NCBI GenBank assembly: GCA_964016885.1
Contig: OZ024742.1
Span: 223,510,001 to 223,574,000 of the forward strand
Length of the DNA: 64,000 nucleotides
Direction: 5' to 3'
From: Eledone cirrhosa
Lineage: Eukaryota
This document shows, piece after piece, positions 26,744-38,575 of the stretch. The position numbers and the translations under genes are program-made. The number at the start of each line of letters is the position of its first letter. Within the stretch, counting starts at the first letter, position 1. The notes beneath the pieces are model-generated. The model ran no database searches. It was not told the origin of the DNA and worked only from the letters and a program-made list of their open reading frames with translations.

Positions 26744-27340
26744 CTAGCAGAAAACCACCCGGTGGGCGGTTTTCTGCTAGCAAATCTAGTGTATATACTG
26801 ATATTGTTGAGATTTGGATGAGAAATGTTTTCGGCACCACATGTTCACCGTCTCTCGGTGTGTCTTTTATGCATGTAAAAATATATATGTTATCTATACG
26901 GTGAAATCTTTGAAATAAATATGTTAAAACGAAAAAGGAGAAAAAGAGATTAGTGACGGAAATATAAACGTTATGATACATAAACGTTATGATATAACGA
27001 TGGAAATATATCTTCAAATGGTCCTTGGCATGGTGTCAAGTCAGAACTGGTTACTTCTGGCTTGTGCAAGGTGTCTCTACAGCAACCAGCGATTCCCTCG
27101 GCCTCAGTGAGCAAAGTCAGTGGAGAGGGGAAGGTAATGTTTCTATAGCAACAGTGTTTCTCTTGGTAGTACCAAAGTGGAGAAAGGAAGGGGAAGGTAA
27201 TATTTCTGTAGCACCTACATTTGAGTTTTAGGGAAGGACAGACAGACAGACAGACAGACAAACAGAGAAATGCCCATATATTTCTGTGTGTATATATATA
27301 TATATATATTACACACACAGAAATGTATATATATTTCTGC

Positions 27341-27382
<42 letters not shown>

Positions 27383-28071
27383 CACACACAGAAATGTATA
27401 TATATTTCTGTGTGTATATATATATATTTCTGTGTGTGTATATATATATATATTACACACACAGAAATGTATATATATTTCTTAGAACAAAATTATTATT
27501 AATATTTTGCTGTTCATAACAATTGGAATTGAAAAATTACTTTTGAAATTATTAGTTATTTTACTAATGCTTAGATATGTAAAAATGAAGCAATGTTTCT
27601 AATAATTGTTTCTACTTTTGGCATAAGGCCAGCAATTATCCAGTACATTACTGGTACTTTATTTTATCGACCCCGTGAGGATGAAAGGCAAAGTTAACCT
27701 CGGCGGTATTTGAACTCAGACCGTAAAGGGACATAACTCCATGCTATGAAGCATGGTGTCCGACTCTCTACAGATTCTGCCAATCCACCGCCCTAATGTC
27801 TGTACGTAATGAGGGAGTGAGAGGGGAGAGAAAGAAAGGCAGAGGGGAAGTGACGAAGTGACTCTCTCCTCATCCTCCTCCCCATTCGTCACAGCGATAG
27901 AGGGGAGGAATGTTAGTGTGTTACAAAGAGAAAGAGTGAGAGTGAGAGAAACAGACAGACTAAAAGAGAGGGATAGCTGGAGAGAGAGAGAGAGATAGCA
28001 ACCACGCGCGCACGTGTTTCCACTGTCGGACAGACAGACAGAGAAATTGCTGGTTATATATTATAAGGAGA
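26744..28071 (-). mobile_element. Non-autonomous Helitron unit (tandem duplicate of 25024-26743 with indels)
   Basis: A|TCTCCTTATAAT start and CTAG end joined directly to the TC of the next unit. SINE at ~27597-27795. Confidence 0.8.
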
Positions 28072-28074
28072 TAT

Positions 28075-28420
28075 CATCATCATTCATCATTTCATTTTAC
28101 GTCCGCTTTTCCCTGCTTGCAAGGGTTGGACGGGAACTGATTCTGGCTTGATTTCTACAGCTGGATGCCCTTCCTAACACCAACCTCATTTACAGTGAGT
28201 GCTGGGTGCTTTTTTACCGTGGCACCTCCACGATCACTTTGCAGTGGAATGATAAGGACCCCAGTCCCTATCATCTCATTTCTACAGCTGAGGAAACTGG
28301 AGCAATGTGAAATAAAGTGTCTTGCTCAAGGAAACAACACATCACCCGGTCTGAGAATTGAACTCACAAAATTTCGATTGCAAGGCCAATGCTCTAACAA
28401 CTAAGCCATGTGCCTCCATG
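28075..28420 (-). mobile_element. tRNA SINE with RTE-derived 3' tail
   Basis: tRNA-like head; tail nearly identical to the RTE 3' UTR at 45895-45975. Other copies at 30850-31123, 48996-49174, 50635-50972 and 61245-61450. Confidence 0.85.
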
Positions 28421-28809
28421 ATATATTATATCATGATATATTATATGTATATATATATAAACACACAGGCATGCACATATATATAAACACACACACACAT
28501 ATATATATAATCACACACACATATAAATGGAGTCACGCCGTCAGTTACGACGACGAGTGATCCAATTGATACTATCAATGGAAAAGCCTACTCGTAAAAT
28601 TAACGTACAAGTAGCTGAGCATTCCACAGACATGCGTACACATTACGTAGTTCTCAGGGAGATTCAGTGTGACACAGTGTGTGTCACATATATAAACACG
28701 CATACCTATATATATATAAACACAAACACGCACACATATTTTATATACATATATATTATATATATAAATATGTGTATGTGTGGTGTGTGTGTGTGTATGT
28801 GTGCGTGCG

Positions 28810-28854
<45 letters not shown>

Positions 28855-28856
<2 letters not shown>

Positions 28857-29873
28857 GAGAACAAGTTATCGTTATAGGTAATCCAGTCAGAGGTTGTGAG
28901 TACTCTGTATTGTAGATAGTTCTAACGTACGCCGTTGTTTGACTCAACAATAGGTTTCCATAGTTAGGTAGCGAGTTCGCGAGAATTCCTATGCAGGTTA
29001 TTATTGGAGTAATAATAGTGAAAGATTGAAGAATAACATGGTCGGCTGTACAAAAAGGGTCTTATTTCTAGTATTAACAATTGTTTCATTGATCAGGTGA
29101 GTCTAAAGGCCGCTAATCACTTGAAGTTGCGTCACTTGACCTTAAATACAGTGTTTACCTCTAATCAAATCATCGGAATACTGGAGGTTTTACATATGGC
29201 ATTGGTATTTATAGATACCACGGAGAATCAAAACAGTAACATCAATAATAAAAGATAAAAAAAAAGTTAGAATGAAGATGATAAAGATGTAAAAAATAAG
29301 TAAAACGATAAGTATAGAATACGATTGCTGATAATAGTGGTGGTGGTGATTAAAGTTACAGTGGTGAGTAAGTGTATGTGTAAAGACATGATGAGAGTAG
29401 AGATAATAATACTAACATGAAATGAAACATTAAATACATACATACGTAGTTGTCAAATCTCAGAGGGTTAGAGTAGAAAATAAAAAATAGTAACAAATAA
29501 CAGATAAAAGATAAAAGATAAAAAATAAAAAATAAATTAAAAATTTAGTGAGCGGGGAAGGGATACAGAACAGGAGACAGGGAGTGGGGGTGGCGATACG
29601 AGGATGAGACATAAGGGGTAGGGCCAAGGACGGGGAAGGAATAGATAGGTAGATAGAGAATAAAAATTGAGAGGGAGAGATACCAATGCCATATGTAAAA
29701 CCTCCAGTATTCCGATGATTTGATCAGAGGTAAACACTGTATTTAAGGTCAATTGACGCAACTTAGAGTGATTAGCAGCCTTTAAACTCACCTGATCAAT
29801 GAAACAATTGTAAATACTAGAAATAAAACCCTTTTTGTACAGCCGACCATGTTATTCTTCAATCTTTCACTAT
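28855..29873 (-). mobile_element. TA-inserted foldback element with two long-stem-II hammerheads
   Basis: Inverted arms at ~29015-29208 and ~29680-29873. GAGTACTC in the tail at ~28898. Confidence 0.8.
29705..29820 (+). ncRNA. Type I hammerhead variant (CCGAUGA core, ~80-nt stem II domain)
   Basis: AGTATT-CCGATGA-TTTGATCAG...CTGATCAAT-GAAA-CAATTG-TA-AATACT. Mirror copy at 29068-29183 on the minus strand. Confidence 0.65.
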
Positions 29874-29890
29874 ATATATATATATATATA

Positions 29891-29998
29891 ACGAAGGAAG
29901 AATGGTAAGGAACCAGGTGGACCATAATGCACCAGAGTACTCAACACTTTGGGTAGTAGAGTGGGGAATAGGAAAATGTTCAAAACCCTTTTTTCCTA
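29891..29998 (-). mobile_element. Minimal TA-flanked element: tail plus ~10-bp inverted end (second copy at 36678-36779)
   Basis: GAGTACTCAA motif and ATAGGAAAA...TTTTCCTAT. Confidence 0.65.
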
Positions 29999-30018
29999 TA
30001 TATATATATATATATATA

Positions 30019-30845
30019 TATTGTTATACTTGGGGAGGGTCATATTGTTGTAATAATATTGCCAGCAATGATAATGGAACACACTGTTTGGTTGGTTTTT
30101 GCTTCTGTATCTTTTATATCTCCATAGTTAATTCATTTGGCCATCAATGTTTATCATTTACTGACCAACGGTCAAAAATTTATATAAATATCTAAACATA
30201 GAAATGACCCAGCAAATCAGAGAAGCAAGCGAAATAGAGCTTAGAAAGCCAAAGCTAAACAGAAAAAATGAATGGAATAACAACAACACCCAAACAAACA
30301 ATACTGACTTAAGAGAAATATAAATAAATAAATAAATAAATAAATATATACACAAGCACAATAACAACAAACACATATAAACACACACTAATAAACTAAG
30401 ATAGGATACAATAACCAAAACACAGTCACCCAAACGTGAACACACGCACCAAACACTATACACACACGCAAACGCAGAGATGAAGACAAAAATAAATAAA
30501 TAAATAAATAAACAGATAAAATAAAAATGGCGTAGACATACAATACAACAGGAGGAAACATAATAGTACCACTGATGATGTTGCAGATGTGCAACGAAAG
30601 AACTTTGGTAGACTATATATATGTATCTATATCTGTATTTTTGACCGTTGGTCAGTCAATGATAAACATTGATGGCCAAATGAATTAACTATGGAGATAT
30701 AAAAGATACAGAAGCGAAAACCAACCAAACAGTGAGTGTGTTCCATTATTATTTCTGGCAATATTATTACAACAATATGACCCTCCCCAAGTATAACAAT
30801 ATTTGTTTCAACACACAATTTCATATAAAAAATCTTGCAAAACAA
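30019..30845 (+). mobile_element. TA-inserted foldback element with a hammerhead at 30567-30610
   Basis: Arms at ~30019-30178 and ~30637-30802. TACCA-CTGATGA-TGTTGCA GATG TGCAAC-GAAA-GAACTT-TGGTA. Confidence 0.8.
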
Positions 30846-31120
30846 ATATCATCATCATCATCATCATTTTCCGTCTGCTTTTCCCTGCTTGCAAGGGTGG
30901 GACGAGAACTGATTCTGGCTTGATTTCTACAGCTGGATGCCCTTCCTAACACCAACCTCATTTACAGTGAGTGCTGGGTGCTTTTTTGCCGTGGCACCTC
31001 CATGACCACTTTGCAATGGAATGATAGGGACCCCAGTCCTATCATCTCATTTCTACAGCTGAGTAAACTGGAGCGATGTGAAATAAAGTGTCTTGCTCAA
31101 GGAAACAACACATCACCCGG

Positions 31121-31187
<67 letters not shown>

Positions 31188-31250
31188 TATATATATATGA
31201 TATATATATATATGATATATATATATGATATATATATATATATATATATA

Positions 31251-31800
31251 ATATAAATGAAGTATTTCCATAGGAAAGGTAAAGGAAAAGAGAGTGCTCT
31301 ATGTAGGCTACAGAGCTTTTTAGTTATGTAATAAATAACATAAGATAATTATTTCATTTACCAGTGGTTTCTTGAAGACAGATACTTATGTCTGTCTTTA
31401 TTCACCAGAAGAAATATTTATTTATGAAATAGTAATATGGATTTGAAAACAGAGTTTAGGATAAATGAAAGTGAGGCTGAAATAAGATAACGGGCAAAAA
31501 TTGAGGGGAAAAAAATTAGTAAATAAATATCCAAATACATACTATTACGTATATGCATGAGTTTGAGTAGGTGTATGTTTATGTATTTGGATATTTATTT
31601 ATTAATTTTTTCCCTCTCAAATTTTGCCCGTTATTTTATTTCAGCCTCACTTTCATTTATCCTAAACTCTGTTTTCAAATCCATATTACTATTTCATAAA
31701 TAAATATTTCTTCTGATGAATGAAGACAGACATAACTATCTGTCTTCAAGAAACCACTGGTAAATGAAATAATTATCTTATGTTGTTTATTACATAACTA
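31251..31800 (-). mobile_element. TA-inserted foldback element; hammerhead at 31706-31770 (+), mutated mirror at 31351-31415
   Basis: Arms at ~31321-31543 and ~31575-31800. ATTTCTT-CTGATGA-ATGAAGACAGA..TCTGTCTTCAA-GAAA-CCACTGG-TA-AATGAAAT. GAGTGCTC in the tail. Confidence 0.82.
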
Positions 31801-31808
31801 TATATATA

Positions 31809-32186
31809 CAAAATGGATATTTAATTTGTTGGTATATCAACAAATATATATGTTTATAACTGATTCGAAGCACTCAACAAGTTTTCTGGAGTATAATATC
31901 AATGATATTAAATAAATGGAAACTATATTTATAAAACCATATTTATTCTATTATATATATTTCAAGGGTACCAAAACTTTGGTACGCTCTCATCAGATAA
32001 AATACAAAGTTTGTATCCAGGAAAATCTTGAACCGTTAAGATCTTCTTCCTGGATATGTTAATATTTATAAAACAAACTTTGTATTTTATCTGATGAGAG
32101 CGTACTAAAGTTTTGGTACCCTTGAAATATATATAATAGAATAAATATGGTTTTATAAATATAGTTTCCATTTATTTAATATCATA
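31809..32186 (-). mobile_element. TA-inserted foldback element with two hammerheads (31944-32004 minus, 32083-32143 plus)
   Basis: TATTTTAT-CTGATGA-GAGCGTAC..GTACCCTT-GAAA-TATATA-TA-ATAGAATA. GCACTCAA in the tail. Confidence 0.85.
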
Positions 32187-32211
32187 TATATACATATATA
32201 TATATATATAT

Positions 32212-32403
32212 AGAAGTGATTACACAACAGTTAGTTCACCATAACATGGTTATATGGAACCATGTCCATTATGAGCTGAGGAACCGCTAAGGTAAAACAA
32301 TTGTTCTCGGTATGGTGAACTAACTGTAACCACTTCTACCTAACTCGTCCCATGGACTGAGTGCTCTACCACTACGGATATTACCTTCCAGTGTTCTACC
32401 ACT
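32212..32403 (+). mobile_element. Small TA-inserted foldback with a mutated hammerhead (32273-32308)
   Basis: GAAGTG..CAGTTAGTTCACCATA pairs with TATGGTGAACTAACTG..CACTTC. GAG-CTGAGGA-ACC GCTAA GGT-aAAA-CAATTG-TT-CTC. GAGTGCTC tail. Confidence 0.7.
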
Positions 32404-32427
32404 ATATATATATATATATATATATAT

Positions 32428-32913
32428 AAATACAAAGTAAAAACCTACTACAGTCAGTAGGCATCTCTATCAACCCCCCCCCCGTCCCACCACCTCCACC
32501 CCATCCACACCGCCCCTTTCAATGTACAGTTATGTTGGTCCCACAACATCCAGGCCGAAACAAATGAGATCGTGTAGGTGTCACGACAAAAAAACACACA
32601 GTCCACGCTGTAAATGTGGCCGTGTAGGCAACACGGTAAAAACCTCCCAGCCCCACACTGTAAATGTGGTTGGTGTTAGGAAGGGCATCCAGCTGTAGAA
32701 AACCCGCCAGACAGTCCACGCTGTAATGTGGCCGTGTAGGCAACACGGTAAAAACCTCCCAGCCCCACACTGTAAATGTGGTTGGTGTTAGGAAGGGCAT
32801 CCAACTGTAGAAAACCCGCCAGACAGTCCTATGCGAGCAAGACAACCACTCTTGCCTCAAGTGGGAAAACCCCCGTCCAAACCCATGCAAGCGTGGAACA
32901 CGGACGCTAAACC

Positions 32914-32944
<31 letters not shown>

Positions 32945-32945
32945 A
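32428..32945 (+). mobile_element. RTE 3'-UTR-only insertion with internal duplication, TA-flanked
   Basis: Matches 45018-45403; (GAT)n tail. Confidence 0.85.
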
Positions 32946-32958
32946 TATATATATATAT

Positions 32959-33875
32959 AAGGATTAGAATACTGGAGCGTGTTGGAGTCAAACACCCTCT
33001 TCGTATTATAGAAATGACAGTAAAAGGTATAGCTCAATGCAGTTAAACAGAGCCAAAAAATTAAGAGAGTAAAACAAAGAATCCTTTAATACATCAAAAG
33101 TTTTTATTAGCCGACAATGTTTCGTCCTATTAAGGACTCATCAGGGCAATCAAAACAACAAGAGGTAATATCGGCAGATACAAGCCAGAAACTCTGAAGA
33201 ATATGGAGTGTACATACACTAATGTCTTACAAAAATATATGATAATAAAAATGAAAATAAAGATAAAAATAATAAAAATATATAATAAGAATAACTAAGG
33301 ATGTAGATAACATTAAGAACCATATTACAAATATAGTCCAAAGCAACTAACCTAAATCTCAACAAATTTGGTTATATAGAGCAGGAATTATATATAACAC
33401 AATATAATACATTATAATAATAATATACTTCTACCAACATTAAAATTCCAAATTAAAAATCAAAAGGTACAATATATACATGTATATATGTGCGCACACA
33501 CACACACACACACACACATATATAACAACACACACATCTATGTTCCACTACACAAAATTAAGCCCTATTAGAAGTTTGAATATTAAAAATAAGCATGATA
33601 AGAGTGAAAATAATACTAATACATCTACCCAATATACATGAGGCAATAATATGATATAATTACAAGAAACACATATAACAAATAATAAACAACAAAATTA
33701 TATAATTCAATATAATATAATAAAATAGATAATCCCCGGTTAATTTACAGAAACAATATAGATGTCACAATAAAATACAATGATAAAACGTTAACATTTA
33801 CCATAAACAATATATACAAATTGATTCATACTGGGTTACAGAATAAATGAGGAAAAATAAATTATATAATACTCA
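32959..33875 (-). mobile_element. Penelope-like pseudo-LTR fragment between TA tracts
   Basis: Contains a canonical minimal hammerhead followed by AATAAA on the minus strand. Confidence 0.65.
33110..33147 (-). ncRNA. Minimal type I hammerhead ribozyme
   Basis: GCC-CTGATGA-GTCCT TAAT AGGAC-GAAA-C ATT GTC-GGC. All core bases are canonical, with a GUC cleavage triplet. Confidence 0.88.
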
Positions 33876-33876
33876 A

Positions 33877-33924
<48 letters not shown>

Positions 33925-33926
<2 letters not shown>

Positions 33927-34543
33927 GAATTGTTATTACTTTATCTTTTAGTTTTTTCTTTCATTTTATTTTTTTATGGTTATATTTTGTATTCTTGTAT
34001 TTCTTTATTCCTTTATTCCCTTTGTACTTACTTCAAAGACTGTGACAGCAGACTTCCGGCAGACCAGGTGCTACGCAAGAATGAATTTGGTATAAGACCA
34101 GCGTAAAATGCCGCCTTGACCAACAAATGGCAGTAACAGCTGCTGAGTTCTAGGTCGTTACCCATTGAGATTTGACCGAATACAATTTAACAGGATGAAT
34201 ACGGTGATGACACATTCCTTTAACAGAGTGTGTGTGTAACAGCATAAAATAAGAAATCGGGATAAATATATAAATATCCAACCACTCTTAGACGCGAGTC
34301 TACATGGAAACACATATCTGAGGAGCTTCCGATTCCAGAGTCAGGATCGATCATTAAGCGATCGTTCCTCGAGCTGATCGACAGTGAAACATATGTAATA
34401 TGTAATTAAATATGTATATGATGCAACACTGATTCTTTGTTCCCTTATATATTAATACTATTGATATTCTGCTCCCTAAGAGCATTGAGTGCTCAACTAG
34501 GCATACCGCATACGGCCGCAATTAATTTGCTCCTTTAATACCT
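33925..34543 (+). mobile_element. TA-flanked element with a hammerhead at 34312-34403 and TTGAGTGCTCAA tail motif
   Basis: ACATAT-CTGAGGA-extended stem II-GAAA-CATATG-TA-ATATGT. Confidence 0.8.
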
Positions 34544-34756
34544 ATATATATATATATATATTCCTGGTCGTTCTTTTTCGGCTGCACGGGTGATTTTAGG
34601 CATGATCTCTGTGTGTTGGTATTTTAACGATAGTTATAGCTCTGGTTTATCCAAACTATTGAGCCCTCTGCCACACATGTCGGATATTGTTTATCGTGAT
34701 TTCGTGGGCCGATATTCCGATTCTCGATCATTCTAATATATATATATATATATATA

Positions 34757-34910
34757 AAATTAGAAAGACGTATATTAATATTGTCTAAGGTCCTGAAACC
34801 TTTGGTAATGGAGTAGTTATATATTGTGTTGTTCACTTTCTAATTAAATAGCTCTGTTCTATACATAGAGCACTCTTTTTCCTTTGCTTTTTCTTCGGAA
34901 TTACCTAAAA
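34757..34910 (+). mobile_element. Tail-only relative of the 31251 element with a short inverted end
   Basis: AGCTCTGT..TACATAGAGCACTCT..TTTCCTTT matches the reverse complement of 31280-31320. AATTAGAAAG/CTTTCTAATT inverted pair. Confidence 0.6.
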
Positions 34911-34949
34911 TACACACACACATACACACAGATACATATATATATATAT

Positions 34950-35215
34950 ATCTGTGGTCGTGGAGGTGCCACGGCAAAAAAGCACCCAGCCCACACTGTA
35001 ACGTGGACGTGTAGGCGCCACGAAAAAGCACCCAGCACTCACTGTAAATGAGGTTGGTGTTAGGAAGGGCATCCAGCTGTAGAAATCAAGCCAAATCAGT
35101 TCCTGTATGAGCAAGGCATGGTCAGCCGACCAGACACTGCTCACAACAGGACAACCCGTCTAACCCATGCTAGCGCGGAATAACGGACGTAAAACGGTGA
35201 TGATGATGATGATGA
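34950..35215 (+). mobile_element. RTE 3'-UTR fragment, TA-flanked
   Basis: Reverse complement of 45775-46045. Confidence 0.85.
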
Positions 35216-36044
35216 TATATATATATATATATATATATATACCCGTCTAACCCATGCTAGCGTGGAAAATGGACGTTAAACGAAGATGATGATGATGATG
35301 ATATACCCATATACATACACACTCTTAGAAACCTTTCCTATTTAGCAGTAAATATTCGCTACTTTCTCACTATCTCTCCCTCTCTATCTTTCTCCTTATT
35401 CATGAAAGTACTTGGATAAACCCCGTATCTCTGGAATTCGTACTCCGATTTATGCGAAACTTGTTTTATTCCATTTGTATTCCCATTTCAGGGTCGACTT
35501 CCTTTCAAAGTATTTTCTCATTATGCGCCGCTTTGGCTGTATTAAATTAAAGACAAACATACAATCACAGAGTTTTAGTAGTATATAGATAGATTCAAAA
35601 TAAACAAACACCACCACCAACACCACACTACCAGCACCACGGCGACGACGATGATGATGCTGGTACCTACATACATACATACATACATATGTCTTGCAAA
35701 GAACTCAATATTTATAAGTCAATATTTAAGCTGATGTTTACCACATAGCTATGATAGTTCAACATTGTTCGAAGTTGTGATACAAGGGAAACAAGTCAAT
35801 AAGACGTGATTTTAAAAAAAAAATTTTCATTTTGTTTTAGGAATAACTGTCTAGCTTTCTCACTAAAACCATCACTTATGCATACATAGACACGCACACG
35901 CACACACGTATGTGTGTGTTTATGATGTATGTATGTATGTATGTATGTATGTATGTATGTATGTATGTATGTATGTATGTATGTATGTATGTATGTATAT
36001 ATGTATGTGTATATGTTATGTATGTATATATATATGTATATATA

Positions 36045-36640
36045 TATGCTACTTGTAACATGTATCCCAGTACAACCTGTCTCATGGTCGGGTCGTTGGC
36101 GACTAAACTGGCAACCCCACCAAGGTTTCTTGGTGAGGAGGGTGACTTTGGACATCCTGCAGGACTAAAAACAAAACCTGTCAAAGGGCAAAGGAGCTCT
36201 TAAGAGTCAATGGCCATCCAAAATCACCGGGAGAGATGACTCCTTAGCCTTGGTCAAGGCAGAATTCTAGGAGAAGGAAAACTCTGATATAACACCTGCA
36301 ACCCTGATGGTATCCAATGATGTTGACTTGTTCTTCTTTTTGGTAAATATCATCTTGGTTAAGAGAGTGGGACTGGCTTTGTGCAGTGCCTTTGCTCACT
36401 ATAAAAGCTTCACGGCACAAGCATTGCTTTATATCTGGAGATCTCTCTGCACTTGTCGTCACATGGTACCATAGGCCCAGCACTATGTGTCAATAATTGT
36501 CACAAGTGTAGTGTTTGTACCAGAGTTTTCAAGTCGCTGGCTGGACTAAAAAGTCACATTCGTTCAGCGCATCGGTAGGGGTTCTCCTACATGGATATAA
36601 AGTAGTGGCCGTACTCGAAAACGAGTTGGCAGCCACCATA
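36045..36640 (+). mobile_element. Bipartite non-autonomous RTE derivative (putative 5'-UTR part plus C2H2 finger and 3' end)
   Basis: 36501-36578 encodes HKCSVCTRVFKSLAGLKSHIRSAHR*. 3' stem-loop CTCG-AAAA-CGAG. The 5' part is related to 5750-6015, 4690-5010 and 6770-6990. Confidence 0.7.
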
Positions 36641-36775
36641 TATATGTATATATATATATATGTATATATATATATAACGAAGGAAGTGTGGTAAGGAACC
36701 AGGTGGACCATAACGCACCAGAGTACTCAATACTTAGGGTAGTAGAGTGGGTAATAGGAAAAGAGTCACTCTTTT

Positions 36776-36812
<37 letters not shown>

Positions 36813-37744
36813 TCTTTTACTCTTTATCTATATAACATGCACATAAGAATGTGTTTACATCAGTGGGTAAGCTTTACGAAGAAAAAACTAGACAATTTCC
36901 TAAAATAAAATATCTTTTCTTATGAAGTCTTATTGAGTTTTCTCCCTTGTATCACAAACTGTTAGTTAAAATTATTTCATTTAGGAGAAAAGGGATGCGT
37001 TACTGAGAGAAGAGGGTGCGCGGAGTTGGGATAGCTTAGGGCATTAAATACCCAGGGACGGGCCCAGTGTGGAGGACAGCATAAGACCTGATTGAAAATG
37101 CAGACTTAGCAATTTTCTTAGTATGTGCAGAGCACGAAGTGTAAAAGAAACTAGATTTGTTAGCTTTCCAAACTCTAAGCTGAAATTATTTTATTTAGGA
37201 GAACTGAGGGGGGGGGGGGGGCATAACTGGGAGAATGGGGAGCATATTGTAAAACTAGACTAGGACACTAAATACTCAGGCGCCGGTTTTGCCCTTGCAG
37301 CATACACAGAAACCTTCTGCCACAAATAAATAACCCAGGCATGTTCAGCTTTCACACAACTCTACAGTTGTCTATGGCTCTGGTGTGACATTCATCAACA
37401 AAACAAGTTTCTTGCATATAAGATGCTGATACGCTCGTTACTCCTCCATACAGGGCCAGCACCTAGGTATTTACCAGTCTTGGCTAGCTCGGCAATTTGT
37501 GCTTTATTCTCTAAAAAAAAAAAAAATCTTAGTTGTTTGGTAATCTGACGAACTTAGTTTTTGAAAGTTCTTGCTCTGACCACACTAAGAAAATTACTAA
37601 GCCTGCTTTTTCCACTACACATTCCACATACACCCATGCTAAATCTTGTGACAGATCATGACTCTTTCCATCACTTTCGATATATCCACAACGCTGTTAC
37701 ACGGCTAAGATGTTTAGTGATTATTTATTGATCGAAGGTAATTA

Positions 37745-38170
37745 TTCATCATCATCACTGTTTTACGTACATTTTTCCATGCTAGCATGGGTTAGACAAG
37801 TTGTCCTGTTGTGGGCAATGCTAGGTCAGGTGACCATGTCTTGCTCTTACAGAACTGATTTTGGCTTGGGTTCTACAGCTGGATGCCCTTCCTAACGCCA
37901 ACCTCATTTATAGTGAGTACTGGATGCCTTTTGTCATGACACCTACACAACCACTTTACAGTGTGGACTGGGTGCTTTTTGTCACGACACCTATATGACC
38001 ACTTCACAGTGTGGACTGGGTACTTTTTGTCGTGACACCTATATGACCACTTCACAGTGTGGACTGGGTACTTTTTGTCATGACACCTACACAACCACTT
38101 TATAGTGTGGACTGGGTGCTTTTTGACGTGACACCTACACAACCACTTTACAGTTTGGTTGGGACGCTTT
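37745..38170 (-). mobile_element. RTE 3' UTR with 42-bp tandem repeats
   Basis: ACCTAYAYRACCACTTYAYAGTGTGGACTGGG repeated about 5 times; (CAT)n end. Confidence 0.8.
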
Positions 38171-38575
38171 TTACCTTAATTTAATTACATACATTTATAC
38201 AAAAAAAAAACTCTGACCCACGAGGTACCAGTAATACACCTCTCTGAGGTGTGCACCCTAAGTGGCTTTCTAGTTGGCCTCAATGGTAATGCTGATTCTG
38301 TCTCTATGGCTGTGAAAAGTGGTCCCTTTAGGGTTATAGAATTATGTCACAGAGGATATTTGATTGCTGGTGCTTGAGATGTAAGCTCTAAATTATATTG
38401 TTCGACTGAGTACCAATCATGCTACTTCATTCCCAGTGTAACATCAGCTCAAACTTATTGCTCATCATCTGAAAGTATCATTTCAGTTGGTTAAGTCATA
38501 TCTGTCATTGACTAGCCATTAATCCTCAACCACACCAGCAATTGTAGTGTTAATGGAGAGTATAGATCAAGATTT

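Noticed and set aside
25739-27519. Cys/Tyr/Ile/His-rich ORFs, here and at 21400-22600
   Set aside because: They are translations of (TA)n/(CA)n microsatellites.
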